Shown in pieces: positions 14,101 to 27,290 of a stretch of 64,000 bases of DNA (position 1 is the stretch's first letter; each line of letters begins with the position of its first letter). Source of the stretch: Eledone cirrhosa (Eukaryota). Under the pieces are notes generated by a model. The model searched no databases and was not told where the DNA came from. It saw nothing but the letters and a program-made list of their open reading frames with translations. The stretch spans positions 77,190,001 to 77,254,000 of the forward strand of contig OZ024740.1 in the NCBI GenBank assembly GCA_964016885.1, in the 5' to 3' direction. Made by a program: the position numbers and the translations under genes.

Positions 14101-15259
14101 GTGTTGGAGTTGTGGGTGGGGCTGGAGGCCCGTGATGTTGATATTGGTATTGTTAGTGATGTTATTGGAGTTGGCGTTGGTGTTGGTGTTGGGGCTGGAG
14201 TGCTGTTGATATTGATGTTGGTGTTGTTAGCGATGGTATGGGAGTTGGTGTTGGTGTTGGTGGTGGGGCTGGAGTGCTGTTGATGTTGATGTAGGTGTTG
14301 TTAGTGATGTTATTGGAGTTGGCGTTGGTGTTTGTGGTGGGCTGGAGTGCTGTTGATGTTGATGTTTGTGTTGTTAGCGATGGTATTGGAGTTGGGGTTG
14401 GGGTTGGTGGTGGGGCTGGAGTGCTGTTGATGTTGATGATGGTGTTGTTAGCGATGGTATTGGAGTTGCGGTTGGTGTTGGTTGTGGGGCTGGAGTGCTG
14501 TTGATGATGATGTTGGTGTTGTTAGCGATTGTATTGGAGTTGGTGTTGGTGTTGGTGGTGGGGCTGGAGTGCTGTTGATGTTGGTGTTGTTAGCGATGGT
14601 TTTGGTGTTGGCGTTGGTGTTGGTGGTGGGGCTGGTGTGCTGTTGATCTTGATGTTGGTGTTGTTAGCGATGGTATTGGAGTTGGTGTTGGTGTTCGTGT
14701 TGGTGGTGTGGCTGGAGTTCTGTTGATGTTGATGTTAGTGTTGTTAGCGATGGTATTGGAGTTGGCGTTGGTGTTGGTGTTGGTGGTGTGGCTGGAGTTC
14801 TGTTGATGTTGATGTTGGTGTTGTTAGCGATGGTATTGGAGTTGGTGTTGGTGTTCGTGTTGGTGGTGGGGCTAGAGTGCAGTTGCTGTTGATGTTGGTG
14901 TTGTTAGCGATGGTTTTGGTGTTGGCGTCGGTGTTGGTGGTGGGGCTGGAATGCTGTTTATGTTGATGTTGGTGTTGTTAGCGATGGTTTTGGTGTTGGC
15001 GTTGGTGTTGGTGGTGGGGCTGGTGTGCTGTTGATGTTGATGTTAGTGTTGTTAGCGATGGTTTTGGTGTTGGCGTTGGTGTTGGTGGTGGGGCTGGAAT
15101 GCTGTTTATGTTGATGTTGGTGTTGTTAGCGATGGTATTGCAGTTGGCATTGGTGTTGGTGGTGGTGGTGGGGCTGGAGTGCTGTTGATGTTGATGTTGG
15201 TGTTGTTAGCGATGGTATTGGAGCTGGCGTTGGTTTTGGTGGTGGTGGTGGGGCTGGAG

Positions 15260-18200
15260 TGCTGTTGATGTTGATGTTGGTGTTGTTAGCGATGGTATTG
15301 GAGTTGGCACTGGTGTTGTTGGTGGTGGTGGGGCTGGAGTGCTGTTGATGTTGAGGTTGGTGTTGTTAGCGATGGTATTGGAGTTGGCATTGGTGTTGGT
15401 GGTGGTGGTGGGGCTGGAGTGCTGTTGATGTTGATGTTGGTGTTGTTAGCGATGGTATTGGAGTTGGCACTGGTGTTGGTGGTGGTGGTGGGGCTGGAGT
15501 GCTGTTGATGTTGAGGTTGGTGTTGTTAGCGATGGTATTGGAGTTGGCATTGGTGTTGGTGGTGGTGGTGGGGCTGGAGTGCTGTTGATGTTGATGTTGG
15601 TGTTGTTAGCGATGGTATTGGAGTTGGTGTTGGAGTTGTAGGTGGGGCTTGAGTGCTGTTGATGTTGATATTGGTGTTGTTAGCGATGGTATTGGAGCTG
15701 GCGTTGGTTTTGGTGGTGGTGGTGGGGCTGGAGTGCTGTTGATGTTGATGTTGGTGTTGTTAGCGATGGTATGGGAGTTGGTGTTGGTGTTGATGGTGGG
15801 GCTGGAGTGCTGTTGATGTTGATGTTGGTGTTGTTAGCGATGGTATTGGAGTTGGCGTTGGGGTTGGTGTTGGTGGTGGGGCTGGAGTGCTGTTGATGTT
15901 GATGTTGGTGTTGTTAGCGATGCTATTGGAGTTGGCGTTGGTGTTGGTGTTGGTGGTGGGGTTGGAGTGCTGTTGATGTTGATGTTGGTGTTGTTAGCGA
16001 TGGTATTGGAGTTAGTGTTGGTTTTGGTGTTGGGGCTGGAGTGCTGTTGATGTTGATGTTGGTGTTGTTAGCGATGGTATTGGAGTTGGTGTTGGTTTTG
16101 GTGTTGGGGCTGGAGTGCTGTTGATGTTGATGTTGGTGTTGTTAGCGATGGTATTGGAGTTGGTGTTGGTTTTGGTGTTGGGGCTGGAGTGCTGTTGATG
16201 TTGATGTTGGTGTTGTTAGCGATGGTATTGGAGTTGGTGTTGGTTTTGGTGTTGGGGCTGGAGTGCTGTTGATGTTGATGTTGGTGTTGTTAGCGATGGT
16301 ATTGGAGTTGGTGTTGGTTTTGGTGTTGGGGCTGGAGTGCTGTTGATGTTGATGTTGGTGTTGTTAGCGATGGTATTGGAGTTGGTGTTGGTGTTGGTGG
16401 TGGGGCTGGAATGCTGTTTATGTTGATGTTGGTGTTGTTAGCGATGGTATTGGAGTTGGCGATGGTGTTGGTGGTGGGGCTGGAGTGCTATTGATGTTGA
16501 TGTTGGTGTTGTTAGCGATGGTATGGGAGTTGGTGTTGGTGGAGGGCTGGAGTGCTGTTGATGTTGATGTTGGTGTTGTTAGCGATGGTATTGGAGTTGG
16601 CATTGGTGTTGGTGGTAGAGCTGGAGTGCTGTTGATGTTGATGTTGGTGTTGTTAGCGATGGTATTGGAGTTGGCGTTGGTGTTGGTGTTGGTGGTGGCG
16701 TTGGAGTGCTGATGATGTTAATGTTGGTGTTGTTAGTGATGGTATTGGAGTTGGTGTTGGTGTTGGTGGTGGGGCTGGAGTGCTGTTGATGTTGATGTTG
16801 GTGTTGTTAGCGATGGTATGGGAGTTGGTGTTGGTGGAGGGCTGGAGTGCTGTTGATGTTCATGTTGGTGTTGTTAGCGATGGTATTGGAGTCGGCATTG
16901 GTGTTGGTGGTGGAGCTGGAGTGCTGTTGATGTTGATGTTGGTGTTGTTAGCGATGGTATTGGAGTTGGCATTGGTGTTGGTGGTGGAGCTGGAGTGCTG
17001 TTGATGTTGATGTTGGTGTTGTTAGCGATGGTATTGGAGTTGGCGTTGGTGTTGGTGTTGGTGGTGGCGTTGGAGTGCTGTTGATGTTAATGTTGGTGTT
17101 GTTAGTGATGGTATTGGAGTTGGTGTTGGTGTTGGTGTTTGGGCTGGAGTGCTGTTGTTGTTGATATTGGTATGGTTAGCGATGGTATTGGAGTTGGTGT
17201 TGATGTTGGTGGTGGGGCTGGAGTGCTGTTGATGTTGATATTGGTGTTGTTAGCGATGGTATTGGAGTTGGTGTTGGTGTTGGTGGTGGGACTGGAGTGC
17301 TGTTGATGTTGATGTTGGTGTTGTTAGCGATGGTATTGGAGTTGGTGTTGGAGTTGGTGGTGGGGCTGGAGTGCTGTTGATGTTGATGTTGGTGTTGTTA
17401 GCGATGGTATTGGAGTTGGCTTTGGTGTTGGTGGTGGGGCTGGAGTGCTGATGATGTTGATGTTGGTGTTGTTAGCGATGGTATTGGAGTTGGTGTTGGT
17501 GGTGGTGGTGGTGGGGCTGGAGTGCTGTTGATGTTGATGTTGGTGTTGTTAGTGATGATTTTGGTGTTGGCGTTGGTGTTGCTGGTGGGGGTGGAGTGCT
17601 GTTGATGTTGATGTTGGTGTTGTTAGCGATGGTATTGGAGTTGGCGTTGGTGTTGGTGGTGGGGCTGGAGTGCTGTTGATGTTGATGTTGGTGTTGTTAG
17701 CGATGGTATTGGAGTTAGCATGGTGTTGGTGTTGGTGCTGGAGTGCTGTTGATGTTGATGTTGGTGTTGTTAGCGATGGTATTGGAGTTGGCGTTGGTGT
17801 TGGTGGTGGGGCTGGAGTGCTGTTGATGTTGATGTTGGTGTTGTTAGCGATGGTATTGGAGTTGGTGTCGTATTGGTGGTGGTCGCGGTGCTGGAGCGCT
17901 GTTGATGTTGATGTTGGTGTTGTTAGCGATGGTATTGGCGTTGGTGTTGGTGGTGGGGCTGGAGTGCTGTTGATGTTGATGTTGGTGTTGTTAGCGATGG
18001 TATTGGAGTTGGCGTTGGTGTTGGTGGTGGGGCTGGAGTGCTGTTGATGTTGATGCTGGTGTTGTTAGCGATGGTATTGGAGGTGGCGTTGGTGTTGGTG
18101 GTGGGGCTGGAGTGCTGTTGATGTTGATGCTGGTGTTGTTAGCGATGGTATTGGAGTTGGTGTTGGAGTTGTGGGTGGGGCTGGAGTGCTGTTGATGTTG

Positions 18201-19280
18201 ATGTTGGTGTTGTTAGCGATGGTATTGCAGTTGGTGTTGGAGTTGGTGGTGGGGCTGGAGTGCTGTTGATGTTGATGTTGGTGTTGTTAGCGATGGTATT
18301 GGAGTTGGTGTTGGAGTTGTGGGTGGGGCTGGAGTGCTGTTGATGTTGATATTGGTGTTGTTAGCGATGGTATTGGAGTTGGCATTGGTGTTGGTGGTGG
18401 GGCTGGAATGCTGTTGATGTTGATGTTGGTGTTGTTAGTGATGGTATTGGAGTTGGTGTTGGTGTTGGTGTTGGTGTTGGTTGTGGGGCTGGAGTGCTGA
18501 TGATGTTGATGTTGGTGTTGTTAGCGATGGTATTGGAGTTGGCGTTGGTGTTGGTGTTGGTGGTGGGGTTGGAGAGCTGTTGATGTTGATGTTGGTTTTG
18601 TTAGCGATGGTATTGGAGTTGGTGTTGGTGTTGGTGTTGGTGTCGGTTGTGGGGCTGGAGTGCTGATGATGTTGATGTTGGTGTTGTTAGCGATGGTATT
18701 GAAGTTGGCGTTGGTGTTGGTGTTGGTGGTGGGGCTGGAGTGCTGCTGATGTTGATGTTGGTGTTGTTAGCGATGGTATTGGAGTTGGTGTTGGAGTTGT
18801 GGGTGGGGCTGGAGTGCTGTTGAAGTTGATATTGGTGTTGTTAGCGATGGTATTGGAGTTGGTGTTGGTGTTGGTGGTGGGGCTGGAGTGCTGTTGAAGT
18901 TGATGTTGGTGTTGTTAGCGATGGTATTGGAGTTGGGGTTGGCGTTGGTGGTGGGGCTGGAGTGCTGTTGATGTTGATGTTGGTGTTGTTAGCGATGGTA
19001 TTGGAGTTGGGGTTGGCGTTGGTGGTGGGGCTGGAGTGCTGTTGATGTTGATGTTGGTGTTGTTAGCGATGGTATTGGAGTTGGTGTTGGTGTTGGTTGT
19101 GGGGCTGGAGTGCTGTTGATGTTGATGTTGGTGTTGTTAGCGATGGTATTGGAGTTGGCGTTGGTGTTGGTGTTGGTGGTGGGGCTGGAGTGCTGTTGAT
19201 GTTGATGTTGGTGTTGTTAGCGATGGTATTGGAGTTGGTGTTGGTGTTGGTGTTGGTGGTGTGGCTGGAGTTCTGTTGAT
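15260..19280. repeat. Non-adjacent third copy of block A followed by the start of block B
   Basis: gttgtag at 15635 (3068+12567). ORFs 16418/16485/16780 match 3850/3917/4212 (offset 12568). gtcgtattgg at 17867. ORF 18481 matches 6592 (offset 11889). Confidence 0.9.
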
Positions 19281-22029
19281 GTTGATGTTGGTGTTGTTAG
19301 CGATGGTATTGGAGTTGGGGTTGGTGTTGGTGGTAGGGCTGGAGTGCTGTTGATGTTGATGTTGGTGTTGTTAGCGATGGTATTGGAGTTTTCGTTGGTG
19401 TTGGTGTTGGGGCTAGAGTGCTGTTGATGTTGATGTTGGTGTTGTTAGCGATGGTATTGGAGTTGGCGTTGGTGTTGGTGGTGGGGCTGGAGTGTTGTTG
19501 ATGTTGATGTTGGTATTGTTAGCGATGGTATTGGAGTTGGCGTTGGTTTTGGTGTTGGTGGTGGGGCTGGAGTGTTGTTGATGTTGATGTTGTTGTTGTT
19601 AGCGATGGTATAGGAGTTGGCGTTGGTGTTGGTGTTGGGGCTGGAGTGCTGTTGATGTTGATGTTGGTGTTGTTAGCGATGGCATTGGAGTTGGCGTTGG
19701 TTTTGGTGTTGGTGGTGGGGTTGGAGTGCTGTTGATGTTGATGTTGGTGTTGTTAGCGATGGTATGGGAGTTGGTGTTGGTTTTGGTGGTGGGGCTGGAG
19801 TGCTGTTGATGTTGATGTTGTTGTTGTTAGCGATGGTATTGGAGTTTTCGTTGGTGTTGGTGTGGGGGCTGGAGTGCTGTTGATGTTGATGTTGGTGTTG
19901 TTCGCGATGGTATGGGAGTTGGTGTTGGTGTTGGTGGTGGGGCTGGAGTGCTGTTGATATTGATGTTGGTGTTGTTAGCGATGGTATTGGAGTAGGCGAT
20001 GGTGTTGGTGTTGGTGGTGGGGTTGGAGTGCTGTTGATGTTGATGTTGATGTTGTTAGCGATGCTATTGGAGTAGGCGATGGTGTTGGTGTTGGTGGTGG
20101 GGCTGGAGTGCTGTTGATGTTGATGTTGGTGTTGTTAGCGATGGTATTGGAGTTGGTGTTGGTGTTGGTGGTGGGGCTGGAGTGCAGTTGCTGTTGATGT
20201 TGGTGTTGTTAGCGATGGTATTGGAGTTGGTGTTGGTGTTGGTGGTGGGGCTGGAGTGTTGCTGATGTTGATGTTGGTGTTGTTAGCGATGGTATTGGAG
20301 TTGGCGTTGGTGTTGGTGTTGATGGTGGGGTTGGAGTGCTGTTGATGTTAATGTTGGTGTTGTTAGCGATGGTATGGGAGTTGGTGTTGGTATTGGTGCT
20401 GGTGGTGGGGTTGGAGTGCTGTTGATGTTGATGTTGGTGTTGTTAGCGATGGTATGGGAGTTGGTGTTGGTGTTGGTGGTGGGGCTGGAGTGCTGTTGAT
20501 GTTGATGTTGGTGTTGTTAGCGATGGTATTGGAGTTGGTGTTGGTGTTGGTGGTGGGGCTGGAGTGCAGTTGCTGTTGATGTTGGTGTTGTTAGCGATGG
20601 TTTGGGTGTTGGCGTTGGTGTTGGTGTTGGGGCTGGAATGCTGTTTATGTTGTTGTTAGTGTTGTTAGCGATGGTATTGGAGTAGGTGATGGTGTTGGTG
20701 TTGGTGGTGGGGTTGGAGTGCTGTTGATGTTGATGTTGGTGTTGTTAGCGATGGTATTGGAGTTGGCTTTGGTGTTGGTGGTGGGGCTGGAGTGCTGATG
20801 ATGTTGATGTTGGTGTTGTTAGCGATGGTATTGGAGTTGGTGGTGGTGGTGGTGGTGGGGCTGGAGTGCTGTTGATGTTGATGTTGGTGTTGTTAGCGAT
20901 GGTATTGGAGTTGGCGTGGGTGTTGGGGCTGGAGTGCTGTTGATGTTGATGTTGGTGTTGTTAGCGATGGTATTGGAGTTGGTGTAGGAGTTGTGGGTGG
21001 GGCTGGAGCGCTGTTGATGTTGATGTTGGTGTTGTTAGCGATGGTATTGGAGTTGGCATTGGTGTTGGTGGTGGGGCTGGAGTGCTGTTGATGTTGATGT
21101 TGGTGTTGTTAGCGATGGTGTTGGTGTTGGTGTTGGGGCTGTAGTGCTGTTGATGTTGATGTTAGTGTTGTTAGCGATGGTATTGGAGTAGGCGATGGTG
21201 TTGGTGTTGGTGGTGGGGTTGGAGTGCCGTTGATGTTGATGCTGGTGTCGTTAGCGATGGTGTTGGAGTTGGCGTTGGTGTTGGTGGTGGGGCTGGAGTG
21301 CTGTTGATGTTGATGCTGGTGTTGTTAGCGATGGTATTGGAGTTGGCGTTGGTGTTGGTGGTGGTGCTGGAGTGTTGCTGATGTTGATGTTGGTGTTGTT
21401 AGGGATGGTATTGGTGTTGGCTTTGGCGTTGGTGGTGGGGCTGGAGTGCTGTTGATGTTGATGTTGGTGTTGTTAGCGATGGTATTGGAGTTGGTGTTGG
21501 TGTTGGTGTTGGTGGTGGGGTTGGAGTGCTGTTGTTGTTGGTGTTGTTAGTGATGGTATTGGAGTGGGTGTCGTATTGGTGGTGGTCGCGGTGCTGGAGC
21601 GCTGTTGATGTTGATGCTGGTGTCGTTAGCGATGGTATTGGAGTTGGCGTTGGTGTTGGTGGTGGGGCTGGAGTGCTGTTGATGTTGATGCTGGTGTCGT
21701 TAGCGATGGTATTGGAGATGGTGTTGGTGGTGGGGCTGGAGTGCTGTTGATGTTGATGCTGGTGTCGTTAGCGATGGTATTGGAGATGGTGTTGGTGTTG
21801 GGGCTGGAGTGCTGTTGATGTTGATGTTGGTGTTGTTAGCGATGGTATTGGAGTTGGTGTAGGAGTTGTGGGTGGGGCTGGAGCGCTGTTGATGTTGATG
21901 TTGGTGTTGTTAGCGATGGTATTGGAGTTGGCATTGGTGTTGGTGGTGGGGCTGGAGTGCTGTTGATGTTGATGTTGGTGTTGTTAGCGATGGTATTGGA
22001 ATGGTGTTGGTGTTGGTGGTGGGGCTGGA

Positions 22030-25000
22030 GTGCTGTTGATGTTGATGTTGGTGTTGTTAGCGATGGTATTGGAGTTGGCGTTGGTGTTGGTGTTGGTGGT
22101 GGGGTTGGAGTGCTGTTGATGTTGATGTTGGTGTTGTTAGCGATGTTATTGGAGCGGGCGTTGGTGTTGGTGGTGGGGCTGGAGTGCTGTTGATGTTGAT
22201 GTTGGTGTTGTTAGCGATGGTATTGGAGTTGTCGTTGGTGTTAGTGTTTATGGTGGGGCTGGAGTGCTGTTGATGTTGATGTTGGTGTTGATAGCGATGG
22301 TATTGGAGTTGGCATTGCTGTTGGTGGTGGGGCTGGAGTGCTGTTGATGTTGATGTTGGTGTTGTTAGCGATGGTATTGGAGTTGGCATTGGTGTTGGTG
22401 GTGGGGCTGGAGTGCTGTTGATGTTGATGTTGTTAGCGATGGTATTGGAGTTGGCGTTGGTGTTGGTGTTGGTGGTGGGGTTGGAGTGCTGTTGATGTTG
22501 ATGTTGGTGTTGTTAGCGATGGTATTGGAGTTAAAGTTGGTGTTGGTGTTGGTGGTGGGGCTGGAGTGCTCTTGATGTTCATGTTGGTGTTGTCAGCGAT
22601 GGTATTGCAGTTGGTGTTGGTGTTGGTGGTGGGGCTGGAGTGCTGTTGATGTTGATGTTGGTGTTGTTAGAGATGGTATTGGAGTTGGTGTTGGTGTTGG
22701 TGGTGGGGCTGGAGTACTGTTGATGTTGTTGTTGGTGTTGTTAGCGATGGTATTGGAGTTGGCGTTGGTGGTGGGGCTGGAGGGCTGTTGTTGTTGATGT
22801 TGGTGTTGTTAGCGATGGTATTGGAGCTGGTGTTGGTGGTGGGGCTGGAGGGCTGTTGATGTTGATGTTGGTGTTATTAGCGATGGTATTGGAGTTGGCG
22901 TCGGTGTTGGTGGTGGGGCTGGAGGGCTGTTGATGTTGATGTTGGTGTTGTTAGCGATGGTATTGCTGTTGGTGTTGGTGGTGGGGCTGCAACGCTGTTG
23001 ATGTTGATGTTGGTGTTGTTAGCGATGGTATTGGAGTTGGCGTCGGTGTTGGTGGTGGGGCTGGAGTGCTGTTGATGTTGATGTTGGTGTTGTTAGCGAT
23101 TGTATTGGAGTTGGTGTTGGTGGTGGGGCTGGAACGCTGTTGATGTTGATGTTGGTGTTGTTAGCGATGGTATTGGAGTTGGTGTTGGTGTTGGTGCTGG
23201 GGCTGGAGTGCTGTTGATGTTGATGTTGGTGTTCTTAGCGATTGTATTGGAGTTGGCGTCGGTGTTGGTGGTGGGGCTGGAGTGCTGTTGATGTTGATGT
23301 TGGTGTTGTTAGCGATGGTATTGGAGTTGGTGTTGGTGGTGGTGGTGGGGCTGGAGTGCTGTTGATGTTGATGTTGGTGTTCTTAGCGATTGTATTGGAG
23401 TTGGTGTTGGTGTTGGTGGTGGGGCTGGAGGGCTGTTGATGTTGATGTTTGTGTTGTTAGCGATGGTATTGCTGTTGGTGTTGGTGGTGGGGCTGGAACG
23501 CTGTTGATGTTGATGTTGGTGTTGTTAGCGATGGTATGGGAGTAGGCTTTGGTGTTGGTGGTGGGGCTGGAGTGCTGTTGATATTGATGTTGGTGTGGTT
23601 AGCGATGGTATTCGAGTTGGTGTTGGTGTTGGTGGTGGGGCTGGAGTGCTGTTGATGTTGATGTTGGTGTTGTTAGCGATGGTATGGGAGTTGGTGTTGG
23701 TGTTGGTGGTGGGGCTGGAGTGCTGTTGATGTTGATGTTGGTGTGGTTAGCGATGGTATGGGAGTTGGTGTTGGTGGTGGGGCTGGAGTGTTGTTGATGT
23801 TGATGTTGGTGTTGTTAGCGATGGTATGGGAGTTGGTGTTGGTGTTGGTGGTGGGGCTGGAGTACTGTTGATGTTGATGTTGGTGTGGTTAGCGATGGTA
23901 TGGGAGTTGGTGTTGGTGGTGGGGCTGGAGTGTTGTTGATGTTGATGTTGGTGTTGTTAGCGTTGGTATGGGAGTTGGTGTTGGTGTTGGTGATGGGGCT
24001 GGAGTGCTGTTGATGTTGATGTTGGTGTTGTTAGCGATGGTATGGGAGTTGGTGTCGGTGTTGGTGGTGGGGCTGGAGTGCTGTTGATGTTGATGTTGGT
24101 GTTGTTAGCGATGGCATTGGAGTTGGTGTTGGTGTTGGTGATGGGATGGAGTGCTGTTGATGTTGATGTTGGTGTTGTTAGCGATGGTATGGGAGTTGGT
24201 GTTGGTGTTGGTGGTGGGGCTGGAGTGCTGTTGATGTTGATGCTGGTGTTGTTAGCGATGGTATTGGAGTTGGTGTTGGTGGTTGGGCTGGAGTGCTGTT
24301 GATGTTGAAGTTGGTGTTGTTAGCGATGGTATTGGAGGTGGCGTTGGTGTTGGTGGTGGGGCTGGAGTGCTGTTGATGTTGATGTTGATGTTGTTAGCGA
24401 TGGTATTGGAGGTGGCGTTGGTGTTGGTGGTGGGGCTGGAGTGCTGTTGATGTTGATGTTGGTGTTGTTAGCGATGGTATTGGAGTTGGTGTTGGTGGTT
24501 GGGCTGGAGTGCTGTTGATGTTGAAGTTGGTGTTGTTAGCGATGGTATTGGAGGTGGCGTTGGTGTTGGTGGTGGGGCTGGAGTGCTGTTGATGTTGATG
24601 TTGGTGTTGTTAGCGATGGTATTGGAGTTGGCGTTGGTGTTGGTGTTGGTGGTGGGGTTGGAGTGCTGTTGATGTTGATGTTGGTGTTGTTAGCGATGTT
24701 ATTGGAGCGGGCGTTGGTGTTGGTGGTGGGGCTGGAGTGCTGTTGATGTTGATGTTGGTGTTGTTAGCGATGGTATTGGAGTTGTCGTTGGTGTTAGTGT
24801 TTATGGTGGGGCTGGAGTGCTGTTGATGTTGATGTTGGTGTTGATAGCGATGGTATTGGAGTTGGCATTGGTGTTGGTGGTGGGGCTGGAGTGCTGTTGA
24901 TGTTGATGTTGGTGTTGTTAGCGATGGTATTGGAGTTGGCATTGGTGTTGGTGGTGGGGCTGGAGTGCTGTTGATGTTGATGTTGTTAGCGATGGTATTG

Positions 25001-27290
25001 GAGTTGGCGTTGGTGTTGGTGTTGGTGGTGGGGTTGGAGTGCTGTTGATGTTGATGTTGGTGTTGTTAGCGATGGTATTGGAGTTGGGGTTGGTGTTGGT
25101 GTTGGTGGTGGGGCTGGAGTGCTCTTGATGTTCATGTTGGTGTTGTCAGCGATGGTATTGCAGTTGGTGTTGGTGTTGGTGGTGGGGCTGGAGTGCTGTT
25201 GATGTTGATGTTGGTGTTGTTAGAGATGGTATTGGAGTTGGTGTTGGTGTTGGTGGTGGGGCTGGAGTACTGTTGATGTTGTTGTTGGTGTTGTTAGCGA
25301 TGGTATTGGAGTTGGCGTTGGTGGTGGGGCTGGAGGGCTGTTGTTGTTGATGTTGGTGTTGTTAGCGATGGTATTGGAGCTGGTGTTGGTGGTGGGGCTG
25401 GAGGGCTGTTGATGTTGATGTTGGTGTTATTAGCGATGGTATTGGAGTTGGCGTCGGTGTTGGTGGTGGGGCTGGAGGGCTGTTGATGTTGATGTTGGTG
25501 TTGTTAGCGATGGTATTGCTGTTGGTGTTGGTGGTGGGGCTGCAACGCTGTTGATGTTGATGTTGGTGTTGTTAGCGATGGTATTGGAGTTGGCGTCGGT
25601 GTTGGTGGTGGGGCTGGAGTGCTGTTGATGTTGATGTTGGTGTTGTTAGCGATTGTATTGGAGTTGGTGTTGGTGGTGGGGCTGGAACGCTGTTGATGTT
25701 GATGTTGGTGTTGTTAGCGATGGTATTGGAGTTGGTGTTGGTGTTGGTGCTGGGGCTGGAGTGCTGTTGATGTTGATGTTGGTGTTCTTAGCGATTGTAT
25801 TGGAGTTGGCGTCGGTGTTGGTGGTGGGGCTGGAGTGCTGTTGATGTTGATGTTGGTGTTGTTAGCGATGGTATTGGAGTTGGTGTTGGTGGTGGTGGTG
25901 GGGCTGGAGTGCTGTTGATGTTGATGTTGGTGTTCTTAGCGATTGTATTGGAGTTGGTGTTGGTGTTGGTGGTGGGGCTGGAGGGCTGTTGATGTTGATG
26001 TTGGTGTTCTTAGCGATTGTATTGGAGTTGGTGTTGGTGTTGGTGGTGGGGCTGGAGGGCTGTTGATGTTGATGTTTGTGTTGTTAGCGATGGTATTGCT
26101 GTTGGTGTTGGTGGTGGGGCTGGAACGCTGTTGATGTTGATGTTGGTGTTCTTAGCGATTGTATAGGAGTTGGTGTTGGTGTTGGTGGTGGGGCTGGAGG
26201 GCTGTTGATGTTGATGTTTGTGTTGTTAGCGATGGCATTGCTGTTGGTGTTGGTGGTGGGGCTGGAACGCTGTTGATGTTGATGTTGGTGTTGTTAGCGA
26301 TGGTATGGGAGTAGGCGTTGGTGTTGGTGGTGGGGCTGGAGTGCTGTTGATGTTGATGTTGGTGTGGTTAGCGATGGTATTCGAGTTGGTGTTGGTGTTG
26401 GTGGTGGGGCTGGAGTGCTGTTGATGTTGATGTTGGTGTTGTTAGCGATGGTATGGGAGTTGGTGTTGGTGTTGGTGGTGGGGCTGGAGTGCTGTTGATG
26501 TTGATGTTGGTGTGGTTAGGGATGGTATGGGAGTTGGTGTTGGTGGTGGGGCTGGAGTGTTGTTGATGTTGATGTTGGTGTTGTTAGCGTTGGTATGGGA
26601 GTTGGTGTTGGTGTTGGTGATGGGGCTGGAGTGCTGTTGATGTTGATGTTGGTGTTGTTAGCGATGGTATGGGAGTTGGTGTTGGTGTTGGTGGTGGGGC
26701 TGGAGTGCTGTTGATGTTGATGTTGGTGTTGTTAGCGATGGTATGGGAGTTGGTGTTGGTGTTGGTGGTGGGGCTGGAGTGCTGTTGATGTTGATGCTGG
26801 TGTTGTTAGCGATGGTATTGGAGTTGGCGTTGGTGTTGGTGGTGGGGCTGGAGTGCTGTTGATGTTGATGTTGGTATTGTTAGCGATGGTATTGGAGTTG
26901 GTGTTGGTGTTGGTGGTGGGGCGGGAGTGCTGTGATATTGATGTTGGTGTTGTTAGCGATGGTATTGGAGTTGGTGTTGGTGGTTGGGCTGGAGTGCTGT
27001 TGATGTTGAAGTTGGTGTTGTTAGCGATGGTATTGGAGGTGGCGTTGGTGTTGGTGGTGGGGCTGGAGTGCTGTTGATGTTGATGTTGATGTTGTTAGCG
27101 ATGGTATTGGAGGTGGCGTTGGTGTTGGTGGTGGGGCTGGAGTGCTGTTGATGTTGATGTTGGTGTTGTTAGCGATGGTATTGGAGTTGGTGTTGGTGGT
27201 TGGGCTGGAGTGCTGTTGATGTTGAAGTTAGTGTTGTTAGCGATGGTATTGGAGGTGGCGTTGGTGTTGGTGGTGGGGCTGGAGTGCTGT
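22030..27290. repeat. Block C: 2553-bp tandem duplication, with a further partial copy at ~37440-38710
   Basis: ORF pairs 22057/24610, 23100/25653 and 23242/25795 all have offset 2553. Shared markers include gagcgggcg, gatagcg, tgtcagcg, ctgcaacgc and ggaacgc. ORF 38170 matches 25653 (offset 12517). Confidence 0.92.

Noticed and set aside
19385-19410. CENP-B box-like TTCGTTGG
   Set aside because: Only the first half matches. The required A..CGGG is absent, and the separate ggcggga variants lack an upstream TTCG at the right spacing.
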